Shown here in pieces: positions 12,027 through 24,829 of a stretch of DNA of 64,000 bases. The notes under the pieces were generated by a model. It was not told the DNA's origin. It saw only the letters and a program-made list of their open reading frames with translations, and made no database searches. The position numbers and the translations under genes are program-made. Source of the stretch: Harriotta raleighana (lineage: Eukaryota); assembly GCA_050575255.1 (NCBI GenBank), contig JBNZDD010013681.1:3042543-3106542 (forward strand), read 5' to 3'. Each line of letters starts with the position of its first letter. Within the stretch, counting starts at the first letter, position 1.

Positions 12027-13077
12027 CAGTAAAATCTTGTTTATCCGGCACCTACGGGACTGGACAGTGGCGGTTAAACGGATTTCTGGTTGAACAGGGT
12101 TTTAAAAATATATTTTTTTTAATTTAAAAATTATTTTAACACATACTATATTTATAATAGACTAAATAATGACAGAATATTATATTAGTACATTATTATT
12201 TATACTTAACTTCACAACGGAGGTAAAACAAGACGCGACTTTTAAAAGGAACAGCAGCGAGACCCAACTAGTGGCCAGCACACACACACACAAACACACA
12301 GACACAGACCCTCAAAGATATTCAGTCTGAATCTATCATATAAATTCTGTCCACAAACCTCACCCCCCCACCCTCTTCCTTTCCTCTCTCTCGCCCTCCC
12401 TCTCTCTCTGCATCAACCTGCCTGCATCACTCTCTCTCTCTCGCTCCATTATGCTTTCCCCATCTCTCTCTCCTTTTCCCCTATCTCTCCATTCCCTCCC
12501 CCTCTCCCTTTCTCCATCTCTCCATCCCTCCCCCCTCTCCGTTTCCTCCATTTCTCTAATCCCCTCCCCTTCTCTTCCTTTCCTCATCTCTCCATTCCCC
12601 CAACCCCTCTCTCCTTCTCCATTTCTTCCATCTCTTCATCTCCCGTCTCTCTCTCTCTCTCTCTCTCTCTGCACCAACCTGCCTGCATCACTCTCTCTCT
12701 CTCTCCATCATGCTTTCCCCTATCTCTTTCTCTCCCTTTCCCCCATCTTCATCTCCCCCCCTCTCTCTCTCCCTTTCTCCATTTCCTCCATCTCTCCATT
12801 CCACCCGCCTCCACTCCCTCCCTCCTTCTCTCTGACTCTAGCCACTACCTGCAGCAGTATTTATTATGTATACTTAACTTCTCAACAGCAGCACTCATCC
12901 GAACAAGGTGAAAAAAAAGCGACTTTTAAAAGGAGCAGGAACGAGTTTAGACCCAACATTAAACGCATTACCACTATTTGGCAGATAACTTCCGGTTAAT
13001 TGAATCGGGACTTTTTTGAGATGACGGTTGAACGGGTTTTCCGGTCATTCAAGTCACGGATAAACAAGGTTTTATTG
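12027..13077. mobile_element. Tc1/mariner (Tigger/pogo-like) MITE carrying a CT-rich expansion
   Basis: TIRs CAGTAAAATCTTGTTTATCCG / CGGATAAACAAGGTTTTATTG, flanked by TA; inverted homologue of 14593-15099. Confidence 0.85.
12350..12840. repeat. Polypyrimidine (CT-rich) low-complexity tract
   Basis: Nearly purine-free + strand with (CT)n runs and a duplicated ~60 bp unit near 12400 and 12660. Confidence 0.9.
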
Positions 13078-13456
13078 TACTTTGATATGCTGATGTCAGG
13101 ATTCTGACTGTACTAGCAGCAGTTCCTCAGTGAAAAATTTTGGTCTGAATTTGGAATGCTAAATAGACTCCAGTTCCAATACACTAAAATTTACCTTCCA
13201 TTCTCAAATGGGAAAATTTAAAGACTAATAATCCAGCTTTATTAATGCACGCACGTGTGTGAATATATTTTATTATCAGAAAAAAATGATGGTTGCAACA
13301 AATCTGTTGTGTATATAACATTGTGAATACTTTTGAGTGAAGCGCAGTGGATTCCTGTTTATACCCTGTTTATGGATAAAAACATTAGATGTAATTATAA
13401 TGTACTTACAATTTATTTAAGTTTTTTTTAAAAAAAATTTGAACCTCACCTTACAT

Positions 13457-13782
13457 CAGTGGTTCCCAACTATTTTTTTCCCGCGATCCAAACTTTTTTT
13501 TTGCTGCGACCCAAATTAGCCTCCAACAGGTCCTCCCACCCCTAGGGGGCGATATTGCAACTGAAGCGAAGCTCAGACAAAACATTATCTCCGTCTCTTT
13601 TGTGGACTCCGTGCAACTCGTAAGTATGTTCTTTCACAGAAATTGCTCGGCGATGTCTCCTCGGGCGGTTTTTTATCATTAAAAAAGCATTTTCAACTTT
13701 AAAAAAAGTAACAACAATTCTGATGACCCATCACAACCCTACTGAAGACCTCCGCGACCCTGATTTGGGTTGGGAACCACTA
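13457..13782. mobile_element. hAT (Charlie-like) MITE
   Basis: TIR CAGTGGTTCCCAAC / GTTGGGAACCACTA; 8 bp TSD ccttacat/ccttacac. Confidence 0.9.
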
Positions 13783-14592
13783 CCTTACACGGTGAAAAAA
13801 AAAAAAATTTCCACCAAGAAGCATTGTAGCATTCTCGTCAGGTTTCCTAGCTTCCAAGGACCTAACAATAAGGAGTTGATGATATGGGGGGAAAAGGGGG
13901 CAAGAGATGTTTTGATTTTTTTTTGCTTTAATGTATTTTTTTGAGAGGGGTAACAATTGGGGTTGGGAGGGGTAAGTCTTCTGTTTTTAAAGTCTATTTA
14001 GAAAATGGAAATTTTAACTTTTTTTATCTGCTCAAAGCTTGAATGCAAACTAAATACCCAATAGAAATATGGGAGTAACTATAAATTAAACTCAGAATGG
14101 CGGAGCTCAGAGAAAATTCAGATTCATCATTGCCAAGGAAGACTGGAAGGAAATAGGCGCTGAAATGAAATATCGGGCCCTTTTTAAAAAAAACTAATTT
14201 GTGTAAAGAGTAACATTCACAAGAGGATGTAGGCATTCAGTGGGATGTAATTCACATTTTTTTAATAACTGCTCCAGAAGTAGGTTATGATAGAATGGAA
14301 TTTCCACAGGACAGGGAACATGCATCCGGTTGCTGAACTAGATGATAATAATAATAATCCTTACATTTGATTGATATATTCACAGAATATATTGTATATT
14401 TTGTGGGCGAAATATACAGATCTTCGTGACAATCACAGGGATGTATTGCATTGAACCCCAATCCTGACTTCACCTAACATCCACTTGTGCCCAGTCAGCA
14501 AGTATCATTATTAGGCATACCAATTTTGTGAGGGAGACCACGAACAAAATGGTAGCGCTCCCCTGGCTGGCTATGTTCGTATAAGTATAATA

Positions 14593-15099
14593 CAGTAAAA
14601 GCCCGTTTTACCAAGACTCGATGAACAGGAAAACCCATTCAACTGTCACCTCAAAAAAAAAGTCCCGATTCAATAAATCGGAAGTTATCCGGCAGAATAG
14701 AGATGACGCATTTAATGAATCGATTATCGCACGCGAGTACTGAACGGGTATTTCGGCTTGCCGCTAGTCGAGCCTAAAGTCGCGATACTGTCGTTTTTTT
14801 AAAAGTCGCACTGCCGTTTTGATTTCCTCCTGTGGTGACCGCCATTGCAGAAGTTAAGTATAAATAATAAAGTACTAACACAATATTCTGTTATTACAGT
14901 ATCTGTTATTACTGTATTTAGTCTTATTTAAAAAGTAGTGTACAACATTTACAATAAAGTACCCATACAATATTGTTATTACTTGTTATTATTTACTCTA
15001 TTATTAATATGGTATGTGTTAAAATAATTATTAATTTTTAAAAAAATTTGACCGGCATTGGCCAGGTCCCTTGGGTGCCAGATAAACGGGCTTTTACTG
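14593..15099. mobile_element. Tc1/mariner-type MITE
   Basis: Perfect 16 bp TIR CAGTAAAAGCCCGTTT and TA target duplication. Confidence 0.9.
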
Positions 15100-15173
15100 T
15101 AATAAGAATTATTCTTGCATTTGACATAGCACTTTTCACGCCTTATAGACTTCTCAAAGTGCTTCACAGAATA

Positions 15174-15536
15174 CAGTAAAAGTCCTTTAATCCAGCACCT
15201 GATAATCCGGAAAGTTTTAGAGTCTGGCATCTGCGACAGTCTGTTTTTTTGCAATCTATGCATCGCTTCCCAGAGATCCTTCACACTACCCAGTAGTGTA
15301 TTTTCCTCGGGGGCCCGTCACTGATGTAACGTGCGCAATCGCACTTTAATAAATGCGTGCACGAGCGCAATTTTTTTAAGTAACTTTCGGCCGGTGCGAT
15401 GCCTCTTTAGGCGGCTTCATTGAGGCTTCGCCGGGCTGGGAGAGCTCTGGTTTTTGCTGTACAGGTTTATAATATAGATAAGAGCACAGGAATAGCAGGA
15501 TTTGAGTGTGCTATGACACTTTTACGGACTTTACTG
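15174..15536. mobile_element. Tc1/mariner-type MITE inserted in a SINE
   Basis: TA-CAGTAAAAGTCC...GGACTTTACTG-TA; SINE sequence resumes on both sides (15100-15173 and 15537-15615). Confidence 0.8.
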
Positions 15537-15890
15537 TATAATGTAAGATGAATTGACTGTATATATGTGGGGAATACGTGACAGCCAATTGTGCACAGCA
15601 ATTGCACAAACAACAGATTCAAATTCAAATTGTTCCTATCTATTTAGCAATTCACCACACTCAACATCATTAATTGAGCTCTGGTTGATTCTATTTATGG
15701 ATTTCAGCTGTGTTGAAAATCAAGACAATTTCTGTCTTTAGATGAATCCCATAACAGTACTAATGCTTTTTGTAAACACTGTTGGATGTTTCTAACCATG
15801 TAACTGCTATATATAACAGCAATCAAAGCAGGAAGATGTCACATGACATCCAAGTTGTTGAATATATTTTCTATATTGTGTTTTTTTTAG

Positions 15891-16022
15891 ATGCTGCTTC
15901 AGTGAACATTGAGCAGTTTGATCTACAGTCATTGACTGATGAATTAAAGCGGTACCTTCAAGATCTGCCAAATCCTGTAATTCCAGTATCTGTTTATAAT
16001 GATACGGTTTACAAAGCTCAAG
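15891..16022 (+). CDS. PIK3R1: PIK3R1 coding exon (exon 5 equivalent), BH domain
   Basis: tttttag|...|gtaaga; 132 bp; DAASVNIEQFDLQSLTDELKRYLQDLPNPVIPVSVYNDTVYKAQ. Confidence 0.95.
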
Positions 16023-16776
16023 GTAAGAAATAATAATAATCCTTGCATTTGAGATGTCTCAAAACGCTTTAGAGAATACACTGTTAAGTGAATTGACTCC
16101 ACATAATTGTAAAATAAATTCTGAGCAGATATTTGAATCCATATTAATCTATAATGTTCCTGATTTGTTGGAGCTGACTTTTTTTTCATATGCTTTGTGT
16201 TTAGGCTATTGGAGTTGTGAATATGTATAAAATGTAAAAGTGTTAAACTTTTGCTGTGTGATGTTAGCAGTAAAGGTTATGATGCAATTTTGATACGGCA
16301 CTCAAAAGTACTGAAGGACCTACTCTTGTGGTTATAAATTCTTAGTGCTTTGTTCCAGCGCATGCTAGGCAAAGGTTTGAAAACTTTACAAAGAATTTTG
16401 GCAGCGAGCCTATCATATGATTGCACTGCAGACATTTGTGGTTCATCTCACAATTCCGTTTTTACTAGCACAAGACAGCTCTAGTTTTATCTGCCACATC
16501 TACAAATTACCCAATCAGCTACAGTATCATTCGAAGACAGAGCTTATAGTACGGTGTTTTCAATATGTGTGTGGTTACGCAAGTGTACTTTTCCATTTTT
16601 CTAGTATTTGAGTGGTTTTCTTTTCTTCCTACCACTGCTACATGCTAAGTGCGGCCTGTCAATAATCTGAATAGTTAAATTTTCTGTCGACTTGGATTTT
16701 GATCAAACTTGGTGAAAATTAGTTAGTCCTCTGCCTTCATTGAATACAGCACTGATGGTTTACTTTTTTTGAACAG

Positions 16777-16978
16777 AGGTACTGAACACAGAGGAATGTG
16801 CACAGTTGCTGAGAAGAGCCATCAAGTCACATAATGTGCCTCACCAGTATTTTCAGACATTTCAGTATTTGATCAAGCATTTCTGTAAGCTTTGTCAGAA
16901 TTCCGCAAAAAACAATCTGAGTCCAAGAGCATTGGCAGAAATCTTTAGTCCCTTGCTTTTTCGACAACAAGCAGCAAG
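16777..16978 (+). CDS. PIK3R1: PIK3R1 coding exon (exon 6 equivalent), BH domain
   Basis: gaacag|...|gtatgt; 202 bp; EVLNTEECAQLLRRAIKSHNVPHQYFQTFQYLIKHF...LAEIFSPLLFRQQAA. Confidence 0.95.
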
Positions 16979-17019
16979 GTATGTATATTTTACTCGTCAG
17001 ATGAATATTGCATAAATCC

Positions 17020-17380
17020 TTAGTTCGTTCAGCGGGCTCTGGCCTGCTCCATACCCCGCGCCGAACCGCCCTACCATAGTGGCCAGGGTTTCAGCCTCTC
17101 TGCCCCCACAGTCTGGAACTCCCATCCCACAATCCCTTTGCCTCGCTTCCTCCCTTTTCTCCTTCAAGGCCAGTCTCAAGAACTTCCTCTTCGAACGTGT
17201 TAACTCTCCCCACTTTCCTCCTAACTCTCCCCCCTTTCCTACACTCCTCCCTGCCCCTAACCCGACCCCCACCCTCCGCCCCCCCTCCACTCAGGTCCCG
17301 ACTTAGTTGTTCAAAGCCTTGGGATGTCTTCCCAACGTGAAAGGCACTCTATAAATGTAATTTTTTTGTTGTTGTTGTTT
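17020..17380 (+). mobile_element. L2 LINE 3' fragment
   Basis: ORF2 end plus tail gtgaaaggcactctataaatgtaa(ttg)n. Confidence 0.85.
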
Positions 17381-17484
17381 AAAAGTAGATATACCATTGT
17401 GGTCTTAACACGGGTGTATATATTATGGTTTCAATTGAGTTCTGCTTTTTGGGTAAAGAATTTATTTCCTTTGTGATTATTTAG

Positions 17485-17585
17485 CTCGGACACAAATCCT
17501 GAATACCATATAAAAGTCATAGAGTTTCTGATAGCCAGCGAATGGCATGAAACACAAGCTGCACCAGCACCCGCAGCAGCGCCAG
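17485..17585 (+). CDS. PIK3R1: PIK3R1 coding exon (exon 7 equivalent), end of BH domain plus Ala/Pro linker
   Basis: atttag|...|gtaaga; 101 bp; SDTNPEYHIKVIEFLIASEWHETQAAPAPAAAP; phase 2-1. Confidence 0.93.
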
Positions 17586-20326
17586 GTAAGATTAGTTTTT
17601 ACGTGCCTTGGATGGATATTAGTTTCTGACTTCTGAGCAATCCAGTTTTTTTTAAAAACACTTGCGTTTAATCCATTGGTGCAATCCCCACTCCTCTGCC
17701 CACCAGTGGTTCTTTCTTCTAGTCATTCTTCTGATATCAGGATTTTGGTCAAATTAAATTCCGCACCTATGCACGTTTATTGAGTGTATAGAAATGTTGA
17801 ACTGAGATTATGGCTCTAACTCTTAGTAGTAAACAAATAATAAATATTGAAACTAATAACTAATTTTATCAATATGTGGAGAATTCAGTATAGCTTACTT
17901 CGTTAGGAGTATTATTCCCTCCTTAAACCCGTGCATTAAGCAAGGACAATAGTAGTGATACCATGTTGCCATGCTGGTATTTCCTTTAGATTTGAGATGC
18001 ATTTACGCGGATCATGATTATACTGTACACATAGGGGTAACTGTTGTAACTGAATTGTACAGTTTATCTCTGAGTAACAGTTTTTTTTAAATTCAGGTTG
18101 TTGTTCAGGACACTTGTGTAAACCTTTATGCTTAGTCATTAGGACATATAGCATGTGCAAATAGTTTCAATACTTCCTAAGTCCAAAATCGTTTTACCCT
18201 TTGAATGACCTTAGGGTGCATTTGGGGAGTTTTAGAACCCAGTTTAAATTTTCAGTAACTTTAATCATAATACAAAGCAGAATTAACTGACATATCAGCT
18301 AATTTATTTAGTTGTGTAGCTGTAACGGCTATTTTATGATGTGCATGTGATCAAACAACATTTTCTGCCCCCCTCCCCCCCCAACCCACGCCACCCCTGC
18401 CCTGTCAACACGTTGTGAATATGGTGGCTACTGACTTGTGAATATTCATGAAAAACAGTTCGGGTGACCCCTTGATAAATGAACTAAATTCAAAATCAAA
18501 CTTCAGATTCCAAGGCAAAGTAGTATGTTGTGTTTGCCCCACACTGTCATGGCAGTACAGAACTGGGATGTGGGATTGATCTGTTTAGCGATTAGTCATT
18601 CATTACTATGTTGCTGTGGGAATAAGTCAGAGGGTATTGCATCCTCACACCCATGCATATCTCCAATGACTGACTTAGAATTGCACCTGAGAGAGGGCGC
18701 CTGCCTCTTCAACCACAACTAAATTGCAATAATTCTATAACAAATTGCCAGGCTATACTGAAATGTAATAAGTACAGAACCTTATTTAAATGATGGAACT
18801 TTCCAGCACAGATGTGGACCATTCAGCCCATCATGTCTGCTAGCCTTTGAAAGAGCAATCCATTTACTTCCATTTGCTTTCCTTTTCCCCATTTTCCTGC
18901 AAATGACTTCTTTTAAATATATCTAGTCCCCTTTTGAAAGCTAATCTGGTTTCTGCCTCAATTACTGCTCCTACTGCTAATCTTAAATGAATGCCCTCAA
19001 TTCAACGGAAATTATTTCTCCCAAAATGATGGGTGAATACTGCTTACTGTAAAATGAAATTGTTAGCTCACGGTGTGAGAAAGATTTGAGTAAAAGAAAA
19101 GGATGTAGTTGCAAGCACAAAAAAGTATAGAAAGCAATAGTCATAAGTATTCTGACAGTTTGAAGGGGATAAAATAAGCAAATGATTCAAATGAGTTTTT
19201 AAATACAGAACACCTATAACTTCTCTCTCTCCTTGAGTGTGTGTTTCTCTGTGTGTCTGTTTACGGCGGCAGCCTCGAGCTTGTTGTGCTATGTTTGGTG
19301 CTTGTCGTATCTCCAGCCTTATAAATGTAGCACGGGGTGGAAACAGACCATTCAGCCTTTTGGGCCTGCTCTGGTATTTCTACCCCCACCCCCAAAGGGC
19401 CGCTAATATTTTGTTAAACAAGGCATCAATAATTTTTTTTACAAGAATCTAATATGTTGATTATTTAGATTTGGGTTTAATCAATAAAATAAAAAATACA
19501 GCAAAATGTATCTTTTAATAGTATTATTCAATTCCCCGCATTTTCCCGTAAAATTTGTCAAATTACCCAACAATTTTTGGAGAAATTTGTAAATATGTTC
19601 ACCATGTATTTCTGCAATTTTTTATTGGCCTTGGTCATAGCTCATTTCTCTAACACGGGACTGGCCTGAGCCTGGGAAGTACCTATGTCCCAGTGACCAG
19701 AGTGTGTGCAGGACACAAGGAGCACTGACCAGAACACTCTACAACCTAACTTAAACAACAACAACTTGCATTTATACAGCACCCTGCATGCCAGGTGGCA
19801 TCACAAGAGTGCTTCAACTACTGAAATTAACTGCTGATGAAACATAGCAGCATGAAAATTTGCCAGGAGAAAATAGCATTAAGCTAAATCTAAAATTGGG
19901 ATAATTATTTCACACTTCAGTTAACCTATCACCTAATCAATCTTTCTTTAGCTTCCTTCTCTCTCCACAACCTCCACCCACTCCCACCCCCTACCCCTCT
20001 CCCGCAGCATTCTAAAATGCCTGGCATTTGAAAAAATCAGTAGGTAATGAAGTGGGATAATGATGCTTTGTATTGTGTAAAACTAAATCACTTTTGTAGA
20101 TACAGCTCTGTAGATAACTTAACAATAAAATAATAATCTTTGCATTTGATATAGTGCTTTTCACGTCAATATTACGTCTCAAAGTGTTTCACAGGATTTA
20201 TTATAAAGTTTATTGACTATCTGTAGGCAAATGTGGTTTGTGGTCTTGGAAAAGTAACATCAGGGCATGTTGCATTAAAGCAAACCACATGCATAAACTG
20301 GAAAAAGAGTATCTGTTTTAAGATAC

Positions 20327-20657
20327 TATAATAATAATAATAATAATCCTTGCATTTGATATAGCGCTTTTCACATCTTATCAACGTCCCAAAGCACTTC
20401 ACAGACTATACTGTAAAGTGAATTGACTGTATATTTGTGGGCGAAACGCGGCAGCCAATTGCGTACAGCAATGTCGCACAAACAGTCATAGATTGAAATG
20501 ACCAATTTTATTATTGTGGTTTTTTTTGGAGGGATTATTATTAGGCATGTGGAGAAAGGAAACTTTCCCAAGGTTTCGCCCTGATCTCCCTGGATTCGAA
20601 CACAGGTCTCATGCTTGTAAGGCATGTAAGGCGAGTGCTCTAACCACTGAGCCACAG
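20327..20657 (-). mobile_element. Full-length tRNA-derived SINE
   Basis: A box TGGCTCAGTGG, B box GTTCGAATCC, family body, 3' end GTGAAAAGCGCTATATCAAATGCAAGG(ATT)n. Confidence 0.9.
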
Positions 20658-21068
20658 GAGTATACTAGAGTATGAGTTTTATTCTGTGGATTTGCAATTA
20701 CCAGAAGTAAAGTAGTTTTCCAGTGTGCTATTATTGCTTACAAGAGCACACAAGAACTTACACGAGCACACACAGCTGATTTGTCAGTTTACTGTGTGGA
20801 TCCCAGCCATTATAGTGAGCTGGTGGAGTGATGTCAGCTGTGACCTTAATACTCCAGAACCTTGACCTTGCCTTTTGTGGCCATTTCCTTCGTGGGCCCA
20901 TTGTAAAGCACTGTCTTATTTTGTGAAACCATTGTTTTCAGCGCCTTTGGACATCCTCTCGACATGAAAGGTGTTCTATAAATATAATTTTGCTGTTTGT
21001 TGTTGACTATGTAGACCAAAATATTGTCTGTTCGGTGCCTCGGTGCGTCCTTGCTATGTGCTATATAA

Positions 21069-21464
21069 CGTAAAAGCTTTGTTATCCGGCACCCTCGGGA
21101 CTTGACTGGTGCTGGTTAATCAAATATGCCAGATATTCGAGCGGCAAGTTGCTGAAAGTCTTACACAAAAAAATTAGCTTATTTTAAAACATACCATATT
21201 AATAATAGACTGAATAATAACAGAATATTGTATGGATACTTGCCAATAAAGCATACATAAATAGTACAATGAACCCTTGCCGAAAGCAGGCGTTACGTTC
21301 CTGGAAAACAGCGCACTTGGTAAAATAGCGTTCAGTAAGTTTAATACGTGCACATGGCATATGCGCTGGGAAAACCGCATATACTCCAATTTTACTTGTA
21401 TTGGGAGATACCGGTTGGTTGAGTGTGCCGTTTGGTTGGTTGCTGGATAACCAAGTTTTTACTG
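21069..21464. mobile_element. Tc1/mariner-type MITE inserted in an L2 tail
   Basis: GTAAAAGCTTTGTTATCCGGCA / GCTGGATAACCAAGTTTTTACTG-TA; L2 tail gctatata|tatatgtaattttgttgttg is split around it. Confidence 0.75.
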
Positions 21465-23394
21465 TATATGTAATTTTGTTGTTGTTGTAGAGCAGTGTGT
21501 ATGTAATTCTTAGTCCCAAAACACTGCAGTTTTGCATTTTTGCTGAAGAGGGCTCCCAATATTAAGTGGGTAATAATAATCCTAGCATTTGATATAGCGC
21601 CTTGTCCCAACTGCGAGATGTCTCAAAGCGCTTGAAACATCAGAACATTCTGTAAAGTGAATTGTCAGAAACATCAGCCTTTTGAGAATAGTTCATGTTG
21701 GGTTTCAAGATTAATCTTTTTATCTGGTAGATGATTCTTTGTCCCACTCCCCTTATGGCACTTTTTACTTCCTCTAATTAATGTTCACATTTATTATACC
21801 TCTGTCATTAGTGACTAACAATAAGAGATACTTTACAATGTTGTTTTGTTCCGGTAATTTTAAAAGCTGATGGTCAAACATATACTGTATGTAGCAGTAG
21901 GCTCATTTGTAATGATACATTCAAAAAATCAGACAGATTGCCCACTGTGATTTCAATCCAGTAACCACTAAAGGAAAGTATGCATGTGTGGTCTTTGGAT
22001 GAAAACAGCATCAAGCTTGTTATGATGCCTTTTTTCATTATTGTTTCTCTCCCCCAACCATCAGGTGTATGCCTAGACAAATGAAGGATAGCCACTTGTT
22101 TAGGGTATTTCGGGGCTAACGGGAGTCATAGAACTGCATCATGCAACAAGTCACCCCACCACTGTCTTGAGTCACCAACTTTAGGAAAGGAAGATAACGG
22201 GAGAAAATTGGGGAGGAGGACATTTAGTTTTGACCCGAGTGGCAATACTGCAGCAGTCCTCAGCTGTGGAAAAGGTACTCGGCTGTGGTGGTGTGTGGAA
22301 CCAAGAGAAGGGTCGTACTCTTTCAGTTCAATGCTTTCTATATTATATTTGAGGTCATTGAAGTCTTTAATAGAGAAATATTTATTTGGGGAATTGTTGA
22401 CTCCGAGGTGAGAGTGCTACCAACTGAGCCAGGCTGACGCAACACCTAGTTCAAGTGCAATCCAAAACTGGTGGGTGGGTGTAGTAATTAAGAGAATCAT
22501 ACATTTGTATAGTGCTTTTCACTCATTAAAGTATGTTCTTTTGGTGAATGCCTTGTTACATCAGCACATCTGCATGCTTCACAAGTAATCACTATCAGTA
22601 CAGTATCAATGATTTTGAAGCAAACCAGTGGATTCCAATTTTTTTAAATCTGAAATAAATCGTCAACACCTTTTTGATTGTCCTATTACTACTGTTGGTG
22701 AGCTCGGTAAATATGAGCAGAAATCTATCCATCTCCATCTAGTGTCTTGGCAGAGAACTAACTAAAGAGTTTGAGCATCAGGGGGCCCTTAGCCATCTGA
22801 CTTTTTGGTTCAGAATCAGATACTGAACCACTCTTGGTATCAGATCCAATTTAGTTTTGCTTTTACTTATGTAGAACGTAAAAGTGCACCCTGGTTTTGT
22901 AGGTTTAAAATGTTTATCTGTTTTATTTATTAAATGCAAAGTGCTTTACAATCTCGTTGAACTTTACCTCTCTACCTCTGGGTTACTCACTACATGGGTA
23001 TTTTTATTATTGAAATGCACTCTGGGGACTGAAATATGAGCCCTTTAAAGTAATGCAGAGTTGTCTTTGTTCTGCACCTGCAGCCAAACCTGATGAAATA
23101 GATGGGAGTCAAATTCTGAGCTGGACTGCTAGCAGAGAAAGTAGCTCATAAGGAAGGCTTTGATTTCTAATTTTGTTGAACCAGCTTAGCTGCTTTCTGC
23201 AAGTGGCTGCTTGAAATGAAGTAGTTTGCTTTCAATTATTTTAATGTTCAGTGTAGTTACATTTTAAGAACGTTGGTGCATCTAAAAAAAATACCCTGTC
23301 CCACAACATTTTTTGCATTAGAAGTACTCTCATGACAGCTTTCCCATGTCTCTTTATGTATTGCCCTCTCTTCCCTCCCACCAGCAGAAATCGG

Positions 23395-23825
23395 TAACTC
23401 AGCAAATATTTGAGCCTGCCTGGGTTAATGTTTAAAAAAAGATCTTTATCATTAGTTAATTCCAGACCACTGACTGTGCTGTAAGTACTGAACTTAAGTT
23501 CATTTTATAATCATTAACTTTTTGTTCTGCAAAGGCATCTGCACACTCATTGCAAAGAGTTCATTTATTAATCGCATGAGTTTTTGGACTTGCTTATCAC
23601 AAGAAGTCTGCATTCAGATGCAGCGAGTGGTCTGTTTAACTGAAGTTACCTCTCCAGTATTAAATGCACTCTGAAGTTGCTTGGTAAAGACAAAGGCTTT
23701 GGTTTACAACTTTTTCCGTATCCAGTTGTCCAGAAATCTATATAATATTGTAGACAAGGCAATGAGGAAAATGGCATCACAATAGTTGAGCAAAGCTCTG
23801 TTGAAACAGGAAAGCCACATTGAAG
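23395..23825 (+). promoter_or_regulatory. Putative internal promoter/5'UTR of the p50-type isoform
   Basis: Directly upstream of the p50-type ATG; HNF1-like GTTAATGTTTAAA (23424) and TATAATCATTAAC (23506), FOXA-like AGCAAATA (23401), GATA site CTTATC (23593). Confidence 0.45.
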
Positions 23826-23841
23826 ATGCATAATATAAAAA
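23826..23841 (+). CDS. PIK3R1: Coding part of p50-alpha-type alternative first exon (MHNIK-T)
   Basis: ATG CAT AAT ATA AAA A|GTAAGT; the phase-1 donor joins 28514 to give MHNIKTLPPKPPK, compared with mammalian p50-alpha MHNLQTLPPKPPK. Confidence 0.85.
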
Positions 23842-24829
23842 GTAAGTTTGATTCATAGTACTGTATGACTTTTATAACTTATAAATTATTTCTTACAGCA
23901 ATGCAAGATGAAGTGTTCATTTTCTTCCTCTCTTTATGTCTAGCCAGCGTAGAGCTGGCACCCGAGCAGGGCATACATAGGCTGTGGAAAATCACCTGTC
24001 CGTCAGTTGTCCTGTCTATTGCTGTGTTAACATATGGTGTCGCAGCAAGCTAGACTGGTTTGAGTTGAGCATTAACCTAATTGTACAAGTATAGGCATCC
24101 AGGGTTTGACTGTTTTGGTAAAGCCCTGAAGGGATTAAATATTTTCTGCCCTAGTTGCAGAACTCCAGATTTTTATTTGTAGCCAAACACAGTATAGTTT
24201 ATTTACTTTAAAATTAAAATAAGAAGCCTATAAGGATTTTTCTTTATAGTGAATTACAGAAACCAGAATGTTTGATTGAATCTTATCAATGCTTTTATTA
24301 AATTAAGAATGTAGCACAGTTTTAAGATGTTATCATTGATAAACTGAATGTGAATCCTCTTGTTTGTTTGCTACTTCTTCTAAAGGCAACAAGTGTTTTT
24401 TTTGTTTAGTTCAAAAAACAATGCTTTCTCCCCCACCCCCATAGATTTTATTTTTCTCTAAATGTAATTTTGTATTTTGATTTTTCTTTTTTTTGTAAGT
24501 GTGGATGGATTACTAGTGACCAGAAATTTGGCAAAGTTAAAATTAATCTGTGGAAATTTTTCAAAGTTCTTTTAAAAAGGATTTGATTTAATTTTATTTT
24601 TGTAAATTACTACAATTATATATTTGCTTGTGTTTGATACAAGAAATATTAGTCATCTACATTTAGAAATAATTATAAATTTCAGTACACTGACAAAAGA
24701 TTCTCTTTTTTAAGATCAAACGGTAATCTCAATGTACTTTTAAAATGTGTTCTACTTTTGCTAATATTATTAGGCTTGCTATCTAGGATTTAAATAGACT
24801 TAAAATACAGTGCAAATCCTTCTAAATGT

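Noticed and set aside
12360-12999. 182 aa Ser/Leu/Pro-rich ORF and its antisense Glu/Arg/Gly ORF
   Set aside because: Translations of a CT low-complexity tract
20585-20657. tRNA gene (also at 42158, 52680 and 61553)
   Set aside because: A/B boxes belong to SINE heads; no complete cloverleaf, and each is followed by SINE body
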